Made by a program: the position numbers and the translations under genes. Under the pieces are notes generated by a model. The model was not told the DNA's origin, did no database searches, and was given only the letters and a program-made list of their open reading frames with translations. 64,000 nucleotides of DNA from an uncultured delta proteobacterium (GTDB taxonomy: Bacteria > Desulfobacterota > Binatia > UBA9968): contig CAVSLC010000028.1 of NCBI GenBank assembly GCA_963728565.1, positions 1-64,000 of the forward strand, written 5' to 3'. This document shows, piece by piece, positions 41,077-50,962 of the stretch (positions within the stretch are counted from its first letter, which is position 1; every line of letters starts with the position of its first letter).

Positions 41077-41424
41077 GTGAAGAGAACAAGCGCGCTTTGG
41101 CTGATCATCATCGCATTATTTTTAACCGCCTCTTGTGATCAGATTTTTGATCGGGACGGCGGAATTAACTGGCCAGGATCGACTCGGGATCTGGAGGGCA
41201 GCTGGTACGTTAACGGCGACCGGGATCGACGCGCCCAAATAGTCTCAGCGCCCGGGGGCCTCGAAGCTCGCAATGAGCGCGGCCAGGCCAGCCGGTTGGA
41301 TATTACCGGTGGTGGCAGCGTCCGTGCTCTGGATTGGGAAGGTGGTCTGCGAGGCACTGTCCGGCGCGACCAAATCGAGTGGCAGAATGGCACTACCTGG
41401 ACGCGGGAGGCGCGCAACCGGTAG
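41077..41424 (+). CDS. Hypothetical lipoprotein
   Basis: SD AAGGAG; lipobox LTASC; C-terminal I.W.NGT.WTR. Confidence 0.6.
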   Translation: MKRTSALWLIIIALFLTASCDQIFDRDGGINWPGSTRDLEGSWYVNGDRDRRAQIVSAPGGLEARNERGQASRLDITGGGSVRALDWEGGLRGTVRRDQIEWQNGTTWTREARNR

Positions 41425-41521
41425 CCAAGCAACACCGCCACTTACCGTGTCCGTTTCCAAGCTGTTCATGGTTGACAGATGCCGGTAAGCGTTAAGGCAG
41501 CATCGTTCGTGGTTTGCGTCG

Positions 41522-42298
41522 TCAATTACCCTGAAGCCGCGTATTAGCCGCGGCGCCAGCAGCCAGCGCGGGTTGCTCATCCGGCAATGCCGGCCACTCG
41601 CGCATCAGCCGGCCGTAGCCGCTGATCGGATATGCCAGCCCCAGTTTCGAAAGCGCGTACCATAGCATGGCGGGATTACTGGCAATCACCATCATTCCAA
41701 GCTCGCGCTCGATTTTCTCAAGAACTTTGATCGGATCAAGCACCGCGCCTTGAAAATAGATGGCATCGACAGGATCCGTCGCCCTGAGATTCTCTTTTGT
41801 CAGTTCGAAGACGTCATCGGGCTCCATTCGCTTGGGTACAGCGAGATTTTCAAAAGGATGCGGCGCCACCGCATCTACTCCTAGCTGCTCCAAATGCCCG
41901 GAAATCAGCTGATTCAAACGCTGATCGAACGGTGTCAATAACAGAACCCGCCGGGCGCGGTAAACCCGAAGCGCTGTAACGCAAGCGTGCAAAGCCGTCG
42001 TGAAAGGAACGGCAAGCGCCGCTGTGAGCGCATCGAACAGTCCGGGATTAAGCACTTCCGTAGGCGCGGCGGTGAGAATAACCCCGTCCCAGTGCCGTTG
42101 TGTGACCAGTTCTTGGAGCCGCTCCACGATGATTTGTTTTTTATCCGCAATTTGATACAGCGATTCGCCGTAGAGCTGCAAACCGACAAAATCGAATTTA
42201 ACTGATTCGGGAATCATCGGAAGAAAGCTACTGTAGTGCGGCATGGAACCGCCCCCGCCGCTGACGAAGCCGATTGTAGCTTTGATTAGTTCAGCCAT
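41522..42298 (-). CDS. Asp/Glu racemase-fold protein (maleate isomerase / arylmalonate decarboxylase-like)
   Basis: P.TTA..A...AL.....RRV...TP, DAIY, IE.ELG..V.ASN.A..W.AL..LG....I.GYGRL. Confidence 0.75.
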   Translation of the reverse strand: MAELIKATIGFVSGGGGSMPHYSSFLPMIPESVKFDFVGLQLYGESLYQIADKKQIIVERLQELVTQRHWDGVILTAAPTEVLNPGLFDALTAALAVPFTTALHACVTALRVYRARRVLLLTPFDQRLNQLISGHLEQLGVDAVAPHPFENLAVPKRMEPDDVFELTKENLRATDPVDAIYFQGAVLDPIKVLEKIERELGMMVIASNPAMLWYALSKLGLAYPISGYGRLMREWPALPDEQPALAAGAAANTRLQGN

Positions 42299-42309
42299 TT
42301 CCAACTCGC

Positions 42310-42462
42310 TAGCAGGCTGCTGAAAAAGACCCATACGCTTCGTTGCCGCTCAATCGCCTCGCTCCGACGTACTGTAAGTACGCCTCCGCTCGTCGAATTT
42401 TCGCGCGCCTCGCACCTGGATCTTTTTGAGCAGCCTGCAAGGCTTTTTTCAGCACCCTGCTA
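42310..42462 (-). mobile_element. MITE-like repeat copy E (most complete, 153 bp)
   Basis: TAGCAGGCTGCTGAAAAAGA ... TCTTTTTGAGCAGCCTGC-AAGGC-TTTTTTCAGCACCCTGCTA. Confidence 0.8.
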
Positions 42463-42544
42463 ATGTTCAGTGTTAACCTCGCGAATAGAAACTTGGTCAA
42501 CAGAGCCCCAATCTCTCTATCTCCTAGTCCCTATCAGTCTCTCG

Positions 42545-43009
42545 CTATTTCGCCTTCGCCTTGTACGCATCGATGGCCTGTTTAAGATCATCGTACTCTT
42601 CGCATCTCCCAAGCATGGGGCAGGCCTTTTTCAGCGCGGCCAGTTGTTTTTCGGCATTGGCCATTTGATTCAGATCTAGATAAAGCTCGCCCAAATATTC
42701 ATGGGCGCTGCGATGGTTGGCATCGATCTTTAGGGCGCGCTGATAGTGCTCCATGGATTTATCGAAGTTACCCGTCTTCCTATAGCTATAGCCGAGCATG
42801 TTATGGGCATCGGCATCATTGGGCAGCTCCTGCACCGCCTTCGTGAGATGCCCCACCGCGGCCTTGTAATCCTTCGCATCGATCGCCTTCCGTCCGGCTT
42901 CCATATTGGGATTCTGCGGTCCGGCCTTGGGCTCGGGCAAGTCGGCGAACGCGCCCGTCTGGGTCAGGACCAGCGTAATCAACGTAATCGCGGCTAATAG
43001 CGATTTCAT
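42545..43009 (-). CDS. Exported TPR-repeat protein
   Basis: Signal peptide; ADAHNMLGYSYRK, Y.RAL.ID..H..AHEYLGELYL, C...CEEY.DL. Confidence 0.8.
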   Translation of the reverse strand: MKSLLAAITLITLVLTQTGAFADLPEPKAGPQNPNMEAGRKAIDAKDYKAAVGHLTKAVQELPNDADAHNMLGYSYRKTGNFDKSMEHYQRALKIDANHRSAHEYLGELYLDLNQMANAEKQLAALKKACPMLGRCEEYDDLKQAIDAYKAKAK

Positions 43010-43162
43010 AGGGGACCTCCTTGTGATGGATACCGAACTTACCAATGGTGATAGCTGAAAGGCAAGACTTGCTTTTCCAGTTCTTGTAGTTGAGCCCGTT
43101 GTGTCTCCCAGTCTCCAGTCTCTTAGTCTCTTGTTTTTCCGTCTCGCTGTCTCCCGTCCGCC

Positions 43163-44140
43163 TTATCTCCTACGCAGCTCCGCCCTTGCTTCGCGGAGCA
43201 TCGAAAGATCGACTAGACGGTCTACGGGAATTTCGGCGGCAATGCCGGACTCCTGCCTGATTTTATCGAGGATGGACTTCAATACCGGCTCTTCAATGTC
43301 ACCGTCGGCATTCAACACTTGTTTGATCTGCCGGTAACTGTCCGCCGCCACGTTTTGCTCCAGACCAAATTCCTTCTGTATAAATGGAATAACCTCGGCG
43401 TCATTCTTGAGAATCATCTCGTTGCTACGCAAGACAGCGCGCAACACAGCCTTGATCTGCTCGCGATGATTCTGGATGTGGCTCATTCTTCCCACCAGCC
43501 CTCCTTGCACATCGCGCACATCGAAGGTATCGCCGAGATCGACGTAGCCGGCCAAGGTTGCCATGGAAGTATATGGCGCCGTGAGAATCACCGCATCCGC
43601 CGCTTTGCCGGTCAGTGCCGCATAGCTGTTGGCAGTGGTATTGGTGGCTATGTAATTGATCTTGTCACCGGGACCATCGCGGCCGAGCCGTTTCAACACC
43701 GTTTGCGCGCCATAGTGCGCCAGCGAGCCGATGCCGCTGACGGCAACATTTCTAATCTTCGCCGGCGTCATTCCCGGCTGGCCGATCAGACTGAAACTCA
43801 ATCGGGTTTGGATGAATATCAATGCCCTGACCGGCAGTCCTTTCATCGCCGCGCGCAGCGACACTCCGGTCGAGCCCGTGTAATCAACTTCACCCGCAGC
43901 TAAGGCAGTCACGCCGATGGGCGGCCTCATGATGATGACTTCCAGGTCGAGCCCTTCTTTTTCAAAGAGCCCTTTTGACTTGCCGAAATAATAGGGAAGA
44001 TAGGTCAAGGCCTTGGCGGCCACCGTGAGCCTGACTTTTTCCAAGGGCTTCTTGGTTTGTTGCTGGGCGCGCGCTGAATCCGGAATTGCAAGAATCACGG
44101 CGAGCAGTAAGATACTCACCAGGGTCATGGTTGGTTTCAT
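43163..44140 (-). CDS. ABC substrate-binding protein (NMT1-like)
   Basis: Signal peptide; G.FEKEGLD.E, AL..GEVDY, D.S.LREA..EL end. Confidence 0.85.
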   Translation of the reverse strand: MKPTMTLVSILLLAVILAIPDSARAQQQTKKPLEKVRLTVAAKALTYLPYYFGKSKGLFEKEGLDLEVIIMRPPIGVTALAAGEVDYTGSTGVSLRAAMKGLPVRALIFIQTRLSFSLIGQPGMTPAKIRNVAVSGIGSLAHYGAQTVLKRLGRDGPGDKINYIATNTTANSYAALTGKAADAVILTAPYTSMATLAGYVDLGDTFDVRDVQGGLVGRMSHIQNHREQIKAVLRAVLRSNEMILKNDAEVIPFIQKEFGLEQNVAADSYRQIKQVLNADGDIEEPVLKSILDKIRQESGIAAEIPVDRLVDLSMLREARAELRRR

Positions 44141-44168
44141 GAACTCTTCTCCGAGACTAAAAAGTTTT

Positions 44169-45587
44169 TCATTTCTTACCCGCCAAACTGGCGCCGAACT
44201 TCTCGAGCATCTTCTTCTTCAGCTCCGGACTGGCGCCCGACACTTTCGGGAATTCATGGATCCACTCATACGGACGACAGGCATCGATGATGCCGCGGGA
44301 TTGAAAGCCGCGCTCCTCCGGCGGAATGATCGGATCGATCGGATTGCTCCAGCAACGGCGCATGATATCGATATCTTTGATCGGATCGGTTCTGGTGCAT
44401 AGCGCCCAAAGCAGTTCGTTGCTGTCCCAAATATCGATGTCGTCGTCGACCACGACAACGTAACGGGTGAGCAGCGCCGCCGCCCGGCATTGCGCCGCGA
44501 TCAACGCCGCTTGCTTGGCATGGCCGGGATAGCGCTGCTTGATGGCAACCACAACCAGCATGCGGGTTTGGTAGTACGCCACTCCTCTGATATCGGGCAC
44601 CCCGGCTTTGTCGAGGTAGTTCCAGATGTAAGCCGCACGGATCAGATTGCTCTCGGCTCCGGGCGCGGGGCGAAACGGCGGCGCTCCTGTGATGATCGGA
44701 TCATCGCGATACATCAATCGCCTCACCTTGAGCATTGGCTCGGAACGGAGGCCGCCCGCATAATAGCCGGTGAATTCGCCGAACGGCCCCTCCGGTATTT
44801 TGGTGCCAGGGATGACTTCGCCTTCAATGGCGACTTCCGAATAGGCCGGGATCGGCAGCCGCGTGTTCTTGCCGAGAATTACTTCGAATGCCTCGCCGCG
44901 CACACCGCCGGCATAATCGTACTCCGACTCTCCGGCCGGAACGTCCATCTGACCGAAGAACCATAGCAACGGATCCGGTCCGAAACTAATCGCCACCGGA
45001 AATGGCTGTCCGCGGTCGAAAAATTTTTGCCGGTGAATGTTGCCGTGGTGCCCCGGCGACATGTAAAGCGCCAGCGTATTCTTGTCGTGCACCATAACAC
45101 GGTAGCAGCCCAAGTTGATCCAGCCTTCCTCGAGATCGCGGCTGATGGTGACATCCAACGTGCCCAGATAGCGGCCGCCGTCGCCTTCATGCCAGAAGGG
45201 CGCGGGCAATGAGAACAGATCGATATCGCCGCCTTCGAAAACATTTTCCAGGAGCGGTCCCGAATCCACAACCCGCGGGGGAATCAAACTCGGCTGGTCG
45301 AGCCGCTCTTTCCACGCGGCAATAAATTGATCGCGCGTGTAGTCGAGCGGCAGGTGATTAGTCAGGCACTGCCGCTTCAAGGTCGGATTGTGAATCCCCG
45401 TGAGCACGCGGCGTCCGGCGGGATAGCCGATGATTTTATCAAAAAGCACCGCCGGCGGCGTTTCTGAACGGGCCGCCACTTCGGCCACCGCGCCGATTTC
45501 TTGGTTCCAGTCTGCGCCTTCCACCACTCTAAGCTCGCCGAACGAGTCCACACCCTGTAACCAGCCGCGCAAATCGCGATAATGCAT
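44169..45587 (-). CDS. UbiD family prFMN-dependent decarboxylase
   Basis: DGGRY, NLG.YR, EGPFGEFTGYY, VVVVDDDID, IIDAC.P. Confidence 0.9.
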   Translation of the reverse strand: MHYRDLRGWLQGVDSFGELRVVEGADWNQEIGAVAEVAARSETPPAVLFDKIIGYPAGRRVLTGIHNPTLKRQCLTNHLPLDYTRDQFIAAWKERLDQPSLIPPRVVDSGPLLENVFEGGDIDLFSLPAPFWHEGDGGRYLGTLDVTISRDLEEGWINLGCYRVMVHDKNTLALYMSPGHHGNIHRQKFFDRGQPFPVAISFGPDPLLWFFGQMDVPAGESEYDYAGGVRGEAFEVILGKNTRLPIPAYSEVAIEGEVIPGTKIPEGPFGEFTGYYAGGLRSEPMLKVRRLMYRDDPIITGAPPFRPAPGAESNLIRAAYIWNYLDKAGVPDIRGVAYYQTRMLVVVAIKQRYPGHAKQAALIAAQCRAAALLTRYVVVVDDDIDIWDSNELLWALCTRTDPIKDIDIMRRCWSNPIDPIIPPEERGFQSRGIIDACRPYEWIHEFPKVSGASPELKKKMLEKFGASLAGKK

Positions 45588-45745
45588 TTACCCCTCCTGT
45601 GAAGTTGGCGACGATCTTAGAACGGACTGGACGCCGCTACAACCGAGCAAGGTCATCCCACTTCACAGCAAAGCGCGGATTGTCTATGTTCTAATTAATT
45701 AACAGCCGGCGCCAGCCGTGCAGTGCTGCATGAAAGGAGAATCCC

Positions 45746-47023
45746 ATGCCGCTTAAAAGTCTATTTCGCATAAGCCTTGCGTCGATATCGATGTTGATCC
45801 TTTCATGTTCGAGCGAAACTCGCTCCCAATTTTCTACAAATCACTACGCGCCCGGCACCGGACCGGCGGATAAGCTGCAGTTGCCGGCTCCGTTTGCCAG
45901 TCCTTCCGTTCGCAATACCTCGAAAGTGATCGGCTGGCCTGCTGGCAAAATGCCGGCTGCCGCGCCTGGTTTTACTGTTAGCCTGTTTGCCGAGGGGCTT
46001 AATAATCCGCGCGAGGCTTATGTGCTGCCCAACAAAGACATTCTCGTCGTCGAAGCGGTTCGCGTATTCCCCGATCGCCCGGCCAAGTCGGCAAACCAAA
46101 TCACCCTTTTCCGTGACACGGATGGTGACGGCAAGCCGGAAGTTCGTGAAGTTTTCTTGACCGGCTTGAATATGCCGCACGGCATGCTGCTGCTGGGTGA
46201 GTGGTTCTACGTCGGCAACACCGACGGAGTGGTGCGCTACCCCTACCGCGCCGGCCAAACCAAGATTGACGCACCAGGCGAGAAGATCCTCGATCTACCC
46301 GCCGGTGGACACTACACGCGCCACTTGATCGCCGATCCCGCCGGCAAAAAGATTTATGTCGCGGTGGGCTCCGGCTCCAACGTCGATGAAGACGGCAGAG
46401 ACGCCAAAGATCCACGCCGAGCGGCGATCTTGGAGATGAATCCCAGTGGTAGCGGCATGCGCGTTTACGCCAGCGGCCTGCGCAATCCGGTGGGAATGGA
46501 TTGGGAGCCGAAAACTAAAACACTGTGGACCGTGGTCAACGAGCGCGATCTCTTGGGCGACGACCTGGTTCCCGACTATCTCACCAGCGTCCAACCCGGC
46601 GCTTTTTACGGCTGGCCCTATTCTTACTTTGGCCAACACGAAGACCCGCGCAAGAAAGGTCAGCGACCCGACCTGGTTGCCAAAGCGGTGAAACCCGACT
46701 ACGCCTTGGGCGCCCACGTTGCCGCGCTTGGATTAGCTTTCTATGATGGCAAGTCTTTCCCCGCGCGTTATCACGGCGGCGCGTTCATCGGCATGCACGG
46801 CTCATGGAACCGCTCGAAGATGGTCGGCTACAAAGTCGCGTTTGTCCCGTTCGAGAACGGCAAGCCCGCCGGTCCGATGGAGGATATCCTCACGGGCTTC
46901 ATTGCGGATGAAAGCAAGTTCGAAGCTTACGGCCGCCCGGTCGGCGTCACCGTAGCTCCCGATGGCTCACTGTTGGTTGCCGACGATGCCGGCGGAAAGG
47001 TGTGGCGCGTTAGCGCCAAATGA
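45746..47023 (+). CDS. L-sorbosone dehydrogenase-family (PQQ sugar dehydrogenase) lipoprotein
   Basis: GS.SNV, GLRNPVG, VNERD.LGDDLVPDY, YGWPY, HGSWNR, GRPVGV. Confidence 0.85.
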   Translation: MPLKSLFRISLASISMLILSCSSETRSQFSTNHYAPGTGPADKLQLPAPFASPSVRNTSKVIGWPAGKMPAAAPGFTVSLFAEGLNNPREAYVLPNKDILVVEAVRVFPDRPAKSANQITLFRDTDGDGKPEVREVFLTGLNMPHGMLLLGEWFYVGNTDGVVRYPYRAGQTKIDAPGEKILDLPAGGHYTRHLIADPAGKKIYVAVGSGSNVDEDGRDAKDPRRAAILEMNPSGSGMRVYASGLRNPVGMDWEPKTKTLWTVVNERDLLGDDLVPDYLTSVQPGAFYGWPYSYFGQHEDPRKKGQRPDLVAKAVKPDYALGAHVAALGLAFYDGKSFPARYHGGAFIGMHGSWNRSKMVGYKVAFVPFENGKPAGPMEDILTGFIADESKFEAYGRPVGVTVAPDGSLLVADDAGGKVWRVSAK

Positions 47024-47289
47024 ACCGGACTGCAAAATCGGAAGTGCTCCGCAACAGGGCTATCTTGTCAGAGCGTCTGGAGCGCGGCTATGACTCCGCC
47101 ACTATAGAAGTATGGAAAAGCCACCGATCAGAACGGACTTCATCGAACATGACTGCGGCTGTAGACGTTGGTACGAATCTGTAGTGGGGCGCCCGGTCGA
47201 AGAGTCAAGGGAAGTAGTCGAATACTGCGCTCTTCACGAGATCGAAAGCGACAGCTCGTGAAATAATCGGCTCGTGAATGGAGAGAAGG

Positions 47290-48384
47290 ATGAGCACAAA
47301 GTGCCGGGCGGCGATTCTGGTAGAGCCCAACCAGCCACTGATCATCGATGAAGTCGAGTTTCCGGATCTGGCACCGGACCAGGTCCTGGTCAAGCTTTTT
47401 GCCAGCGGCGTTTGTCATTCACAACTTCACACGATGCGCCGGCCGGCCCGATCGGCTGATCGCTTACCGGCGCTCTTGGGGCACGAATCTACTGGAGTTG
47501 TCGCTGCGCGCGGCCGCGACGTGCGCCACGTAAAAGAAGGCGATCACGTGGTCACGACGTGGGTGGATCGCGATAATTCCACGACCAATCAGCCGCTGGT
47601 GGCGCACGCACTCAACGATCGCGCTCAGTCGATTGCTTTCTGGAACGGCAAACAGGTATCGCATTCCGCCGCGACATGGGCGGAATACGCCTTGGCGCAA
47701 GAACGCATGGTGGTGAAATTGCCCCAAGATGTGCCCACCGACGTCACTGCCGTGATCGGCTGCGCCGTCATGACCGGCGCCGGAGCAATCGTCAACAACT
47801 TGTGCGTGAGACCGGGCCAATCGGTGGCCGTCTTTGGCGCCGGCGGCATTGGTCTTTGTGCTATCGCAGCGGCGGCTGCGGTCGATGCGAATCCTATCAT
47901 TGCCGTTGACGTGACCGAGGAAAAGCTCGCCTTTGCGCAACGCTTCGGCGCTACCTGCATAGTCAATGGCAAAGAGTTCGATCCGGTTGGCGCAATTCGG
48001 GAGCTCACCAACGGCGGCGTCGACTACGCCATCGACGCCATCGGTTTACCGCAAACCCAGGAGCAAATCCTGCGCGCAGCAAGAATGGGATATTCCGGTC
48101 TTAATCGTGGAGGCACCGCTTTGCTCATCGGCATCACGCCCCCTGGCACCCACGCGACCCTGGATACGAGCCTATTCATCGGCAGCCGAAGCTTCACCCG
48201 CACGAGCGGCGGAGACTGCCGGCCGGATCGCGACTTCCCGCTGTTCGTGCGCTGGTATCGCGAAGGCAAGCTGAAGTTAGATGAGCTGGTGACCCGGCGA
48301 TACAAACTGGAGCAAATCAATGACGCGGTTGACGATTTGGAGCACGGCCGAATCCTCGGCCGCGCGATTATTACCTACGCCTGA
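47290..48384 (+). CDS. Zn-dependent alcohol dehydrogenase (MDR), lacking the structural-Zn Cys cluster
   Basis: GVCHS, LGHE.TG, IGCAV.TG, FGAGGIG. Confidence 0.85.
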   Translation: MSTKCRAAILVEPNQPLIIDEVEFPDLAPDQVLVKLFASGVCHSQLHTMRRPARSADRLPALLGHESTGVVAARGRDVRHVKEGDHVVTTWVDRDNSTTNQPLVAHALNDRAQSIAFWNGKQVSHSAATWAEYALAQERMVVKLPQDVPTDVTAVIGCAVMTGAGAIVNNLCVRPGQSVAVFGAGGIGLCAIAAAAAVDANPIIAVDVTEEKLAFAQRFGATCIVNGKEFDPVGAIRELTNGGVDYAIDAIGLPQTQEQILRAARMGYSGLNRGGTALLIGITPPGTHATLDTSLFIGSRSFTRTSGGDCRPDRDFPLFVRWYREGKLKLDELVTRRYKLEQINDAVDDLEHGRILGRAIITYA

Positions 48385-48459
48385 TTGGATCGCACCCACT
48401 CGAGGCCATGTCTTGATCCATACGATATTGCAGCGCCAAAGCCGACTCCAACATTACGA

Positions 48460-49014
48460 TCAACCTTCTTGCAGGATCGCTTCGGCGTCGATGGTGATCT
48501 CAACCATGTTGCCGACGACTACCCCGCCCCGGTCTAAAGCGCTGTTCCAGCTGACGCCGAAGTCGTGGCGATTGATCGCGATGGAGGCGGCAAAGCCCGC
48601 TCTGCTCTTCGGTCCCTTATCCACACCGTCTTCCCACCATGGAGTTTGCCACTGACCTAGATAATGGACGCGCAGCGGCACCGTGCGGGTGATACCCCGA
48701 ATCGTCAACTCGCCCGTGAGAACCGCTTCGTCCGCGCCGGCAAGTTCGACCTGCTTACCCGCGAAGGTAATCTTCGGATGTTTCTCTACGGCGAGAAAGT
48801 CCTCGCTCTTAAGGTGAGCGTCGCGCGCCGCTTCGCCTGTCCAGATTCCAGCAGCTTCGATCGTGACCTCGACCGAAGTCGCGGCCGGGTCCGCCGGATC
48901 GAAAACGAGCGTGCCGTGGATATCCTTGAAATGGCCGCGGACGAAAGTCACCATCATGTGACGCACAGAAAATCCCGCCGCCGTATGCCCCGGTTCGAAA
49001 AACCATTTGGCCAT
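48460..49014 (-). CDS. YceI family protein
   Basis: H....F.VRHMM...VRG.F, RD.HL.S.DF, G.LTIRGIT, INR.DFG..WN. Confidence 0.9.
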   Translation of the reverse strand: MAKWFFEPGHTAAGFSVRHMMVTFVRGHFKDIHGTLVFDPADPAATSVEVTIEAAGIWTGEAARDAHLKSEDFLAVEKHPKITFAGKQVELAGADEAVLTGELTIRGITRTVPLRVHYLGQWQTPWWEDGVDKGPKSRAGFAASIAINRHDFGVSWNSALDRGGVVVGNMVEITIDAEAILQEG

Positions 49015-49201
49015 AGTCCGCTCCTTTTATCTGCGATCATTTAGTCGCACTCCGTTCAACAGTTCAACGGTTCAACCGTTCAACGACTCTTTTCGTCGAC
49101 GGAGGGTGAGCCTTTCTCAACAGCCTGCTCAGAACAGTCGCACCTTGTTCAGCTAGCACAGTCGTGTAATAGTCCGGCCATCACCCGGAGGAGCCGAAGG
49201 C

Positions 49202-49545
49202 ATGCAGAGCACAGCCGGAATGGCGCAGCATCAACGACCCCGCTTCGCTTACCTGCACCCTATCAGCCTACCGTGCCGCGACGTGGAAGAGTCAAAGCGA
49301 TTTTACACGCGGGTGTTGGGTGGGGAAGTCATCCATAAATGTTCCAGGATTCGCCGAGGTACGCATCGCCGACATCATTTTCGGCATCTCTCAGCAATCC
49401 GGCGGTTGGACGGGGCCAACCGTGGAGTACCCGCATTACGGGCTGAATGTCGACGGAAAGAACTTTGCGCTGGCGCGCCGTTGGCTTGAAGCATGCGGAG
49501 TGCGTCAGCACGGCTGGACGCGAAACTACAAAACTTCGCAGAGCA
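49202..49545 (+). pseudogene. VOC family protein, frameshifted (near 49336) and 3'-truncated
   Basis: ISLPCRDVEESKRFY..VLGG, then the next frame VPGFAEV...EYPHY...WTR; homology ends abruptly. Confidence 0.65.
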
Positions 49546-49683
49546 GAGATGTAGATAACCACATCGAGAGCAGGGTTCCCGCTGAGAACCGGCATCGAGA
49601 GAGGATCCGCAGGTTGGAGGTCTCACGATTGCCGGAACTGATTTTTTATAGGGAAGATTTATGATAACGATCGAGGAAACGGT

Positions 49684-50688
49684 ATGGCGTTTAGGAAAAA
49701 TCTGCTGGCTTTGAGCTTCGTTCTTGGCTGGATTGGTTGCGCGTCGGTCACGGTCGCCGGCGCCCAGCTCGACACCGTCACTATCGGGTTTTCTTCCTTT
49801 TCAGGATTTTACGGTCCGTTGTGGCTGGCGGTCGAAGATGGTCTGGGTAAAAAGTACGGAGTGGATCTAAGAGCCGTCTACGCAGGCAGAGTCCGTCCCC
49901 AGCAATTGCTTGCCAGCGGCGAGACTCCCTTGGTGATTGCCTCGGGAAGCGGCGCCATGACCTCGCACGTTCTCGGCGTGAAGGACCAGGTGATCGTCGC
50001 GCTGCTCTCCAACAAAATGGGCGGCGGCATATTCTCCAAAAGCGAAATCAAAAGACCCGAAGACCTGAAGGGCAAGCTGATTGCCACCGGACGCCCAGGT
50101 GCTCTTAACGATGTTCTGGTCCGTTACGTGTTGACGCGCAAATGGGGACTCTCTCCCGATCGAGATGTAAAGCTGATGCCGATTGGAGAGCCGCCGCTCA
50201 TGCTGCAAGCTTTGGAACGGGGCGTTGTCGATGCAACTTCGTTGTCGGTTCCAGCGAGCTTCCTGGCCAAGAGCAAGGGATTCTTCGAGCTGGTCAACTA
50301 TGACGCCCTCGGATTGACCTATCCGCAGCATGCTGTAACCACCCTCCGACCGACGATTGCGAAGAATCCACAGATGATCGACGGAGTTTTGAAGGCCCTC
50401 ATCGAGTCCGTTGCGATTTTTAAAAGCAACAAACAAAAGAGTTTCGCTGTCTGGCGGAAATACATGCGGGGCGCGAGCGAGGAGTTTCTCGAGGACACCT
50501 ACCAGCACACCATCGCGGGACTGGAGGAGGTGCCGACACCTTCCGGGCAAGTGATTGCCAGTGCGCTCGACATGATTTCGGCCCATTATCCTCAAGCAAA
50601 ACAAACCGACCCGAATCTCATCGTCGATCCATCGTTCGTCCGGCGAATCGACCAGAGCGGATTTATCGCCGCCCTGTATAAAAAATAA
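49684..50688 (+). CDS. ABC substrate-binding protein (NMT1/SsuA-like)
   Basis: Signal peptide; PLW.A...G..KKYG, EDLKGK, D.SFV..IDQSGFI..LY. Confidence 0.85.
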   Translation: MAFRKNLLALSFVLGWIGCASVTVAGAQLDTVTIGFSSFSGFYGPLWLAVEDGLGKKYGVDLRAVYAGRVRPQQLLASGETPLVIASGSGAMTSHVLGVKDQVIVALLSNKMGGGIFSKSEIKRPEDLKGKLIATGRPGALNDVLVRYVLTRKWGLSPDRDVKLMPIGEPPLMLQALERGVVDATSLSVPASFLAKSKGFFELVNYDALGLTYPQHAVTTLRPTIAKNPQMIDGVLKALIESVAIFKSNKQKSFAVWRKYMRGASEEFLEDTYQHTIAGLEEVPTPSGQVIASALDMISAHYPQAKQTDPNLIVDPSFVRRIDQSGFIAALYKK

Positions 50689-50962
50689 TTCATACAAATC
50701 CGTGTCGATCCGCAAATAGGTCGCGCCAAGCTGCGCGCCCTGCGCGACGGCGCTGCGATCACGCGCAAAGACTTGGTGGGTTGATTTGGAAGTACCTGTG
50801 CGGGATTAACGAAACATGAATGCCTGGCCTAATGTTTGACATAGTCGGTGTTTTCTTACATGGAGTAGTTGCAGAGACGGGTCACGGGGGCCTCCGCAAG
50901 GCAAGGAAAGTTTTCCCGGATATTGATCCGGAATCATAAAACGGAGATCAAGGAGAAGTGAA

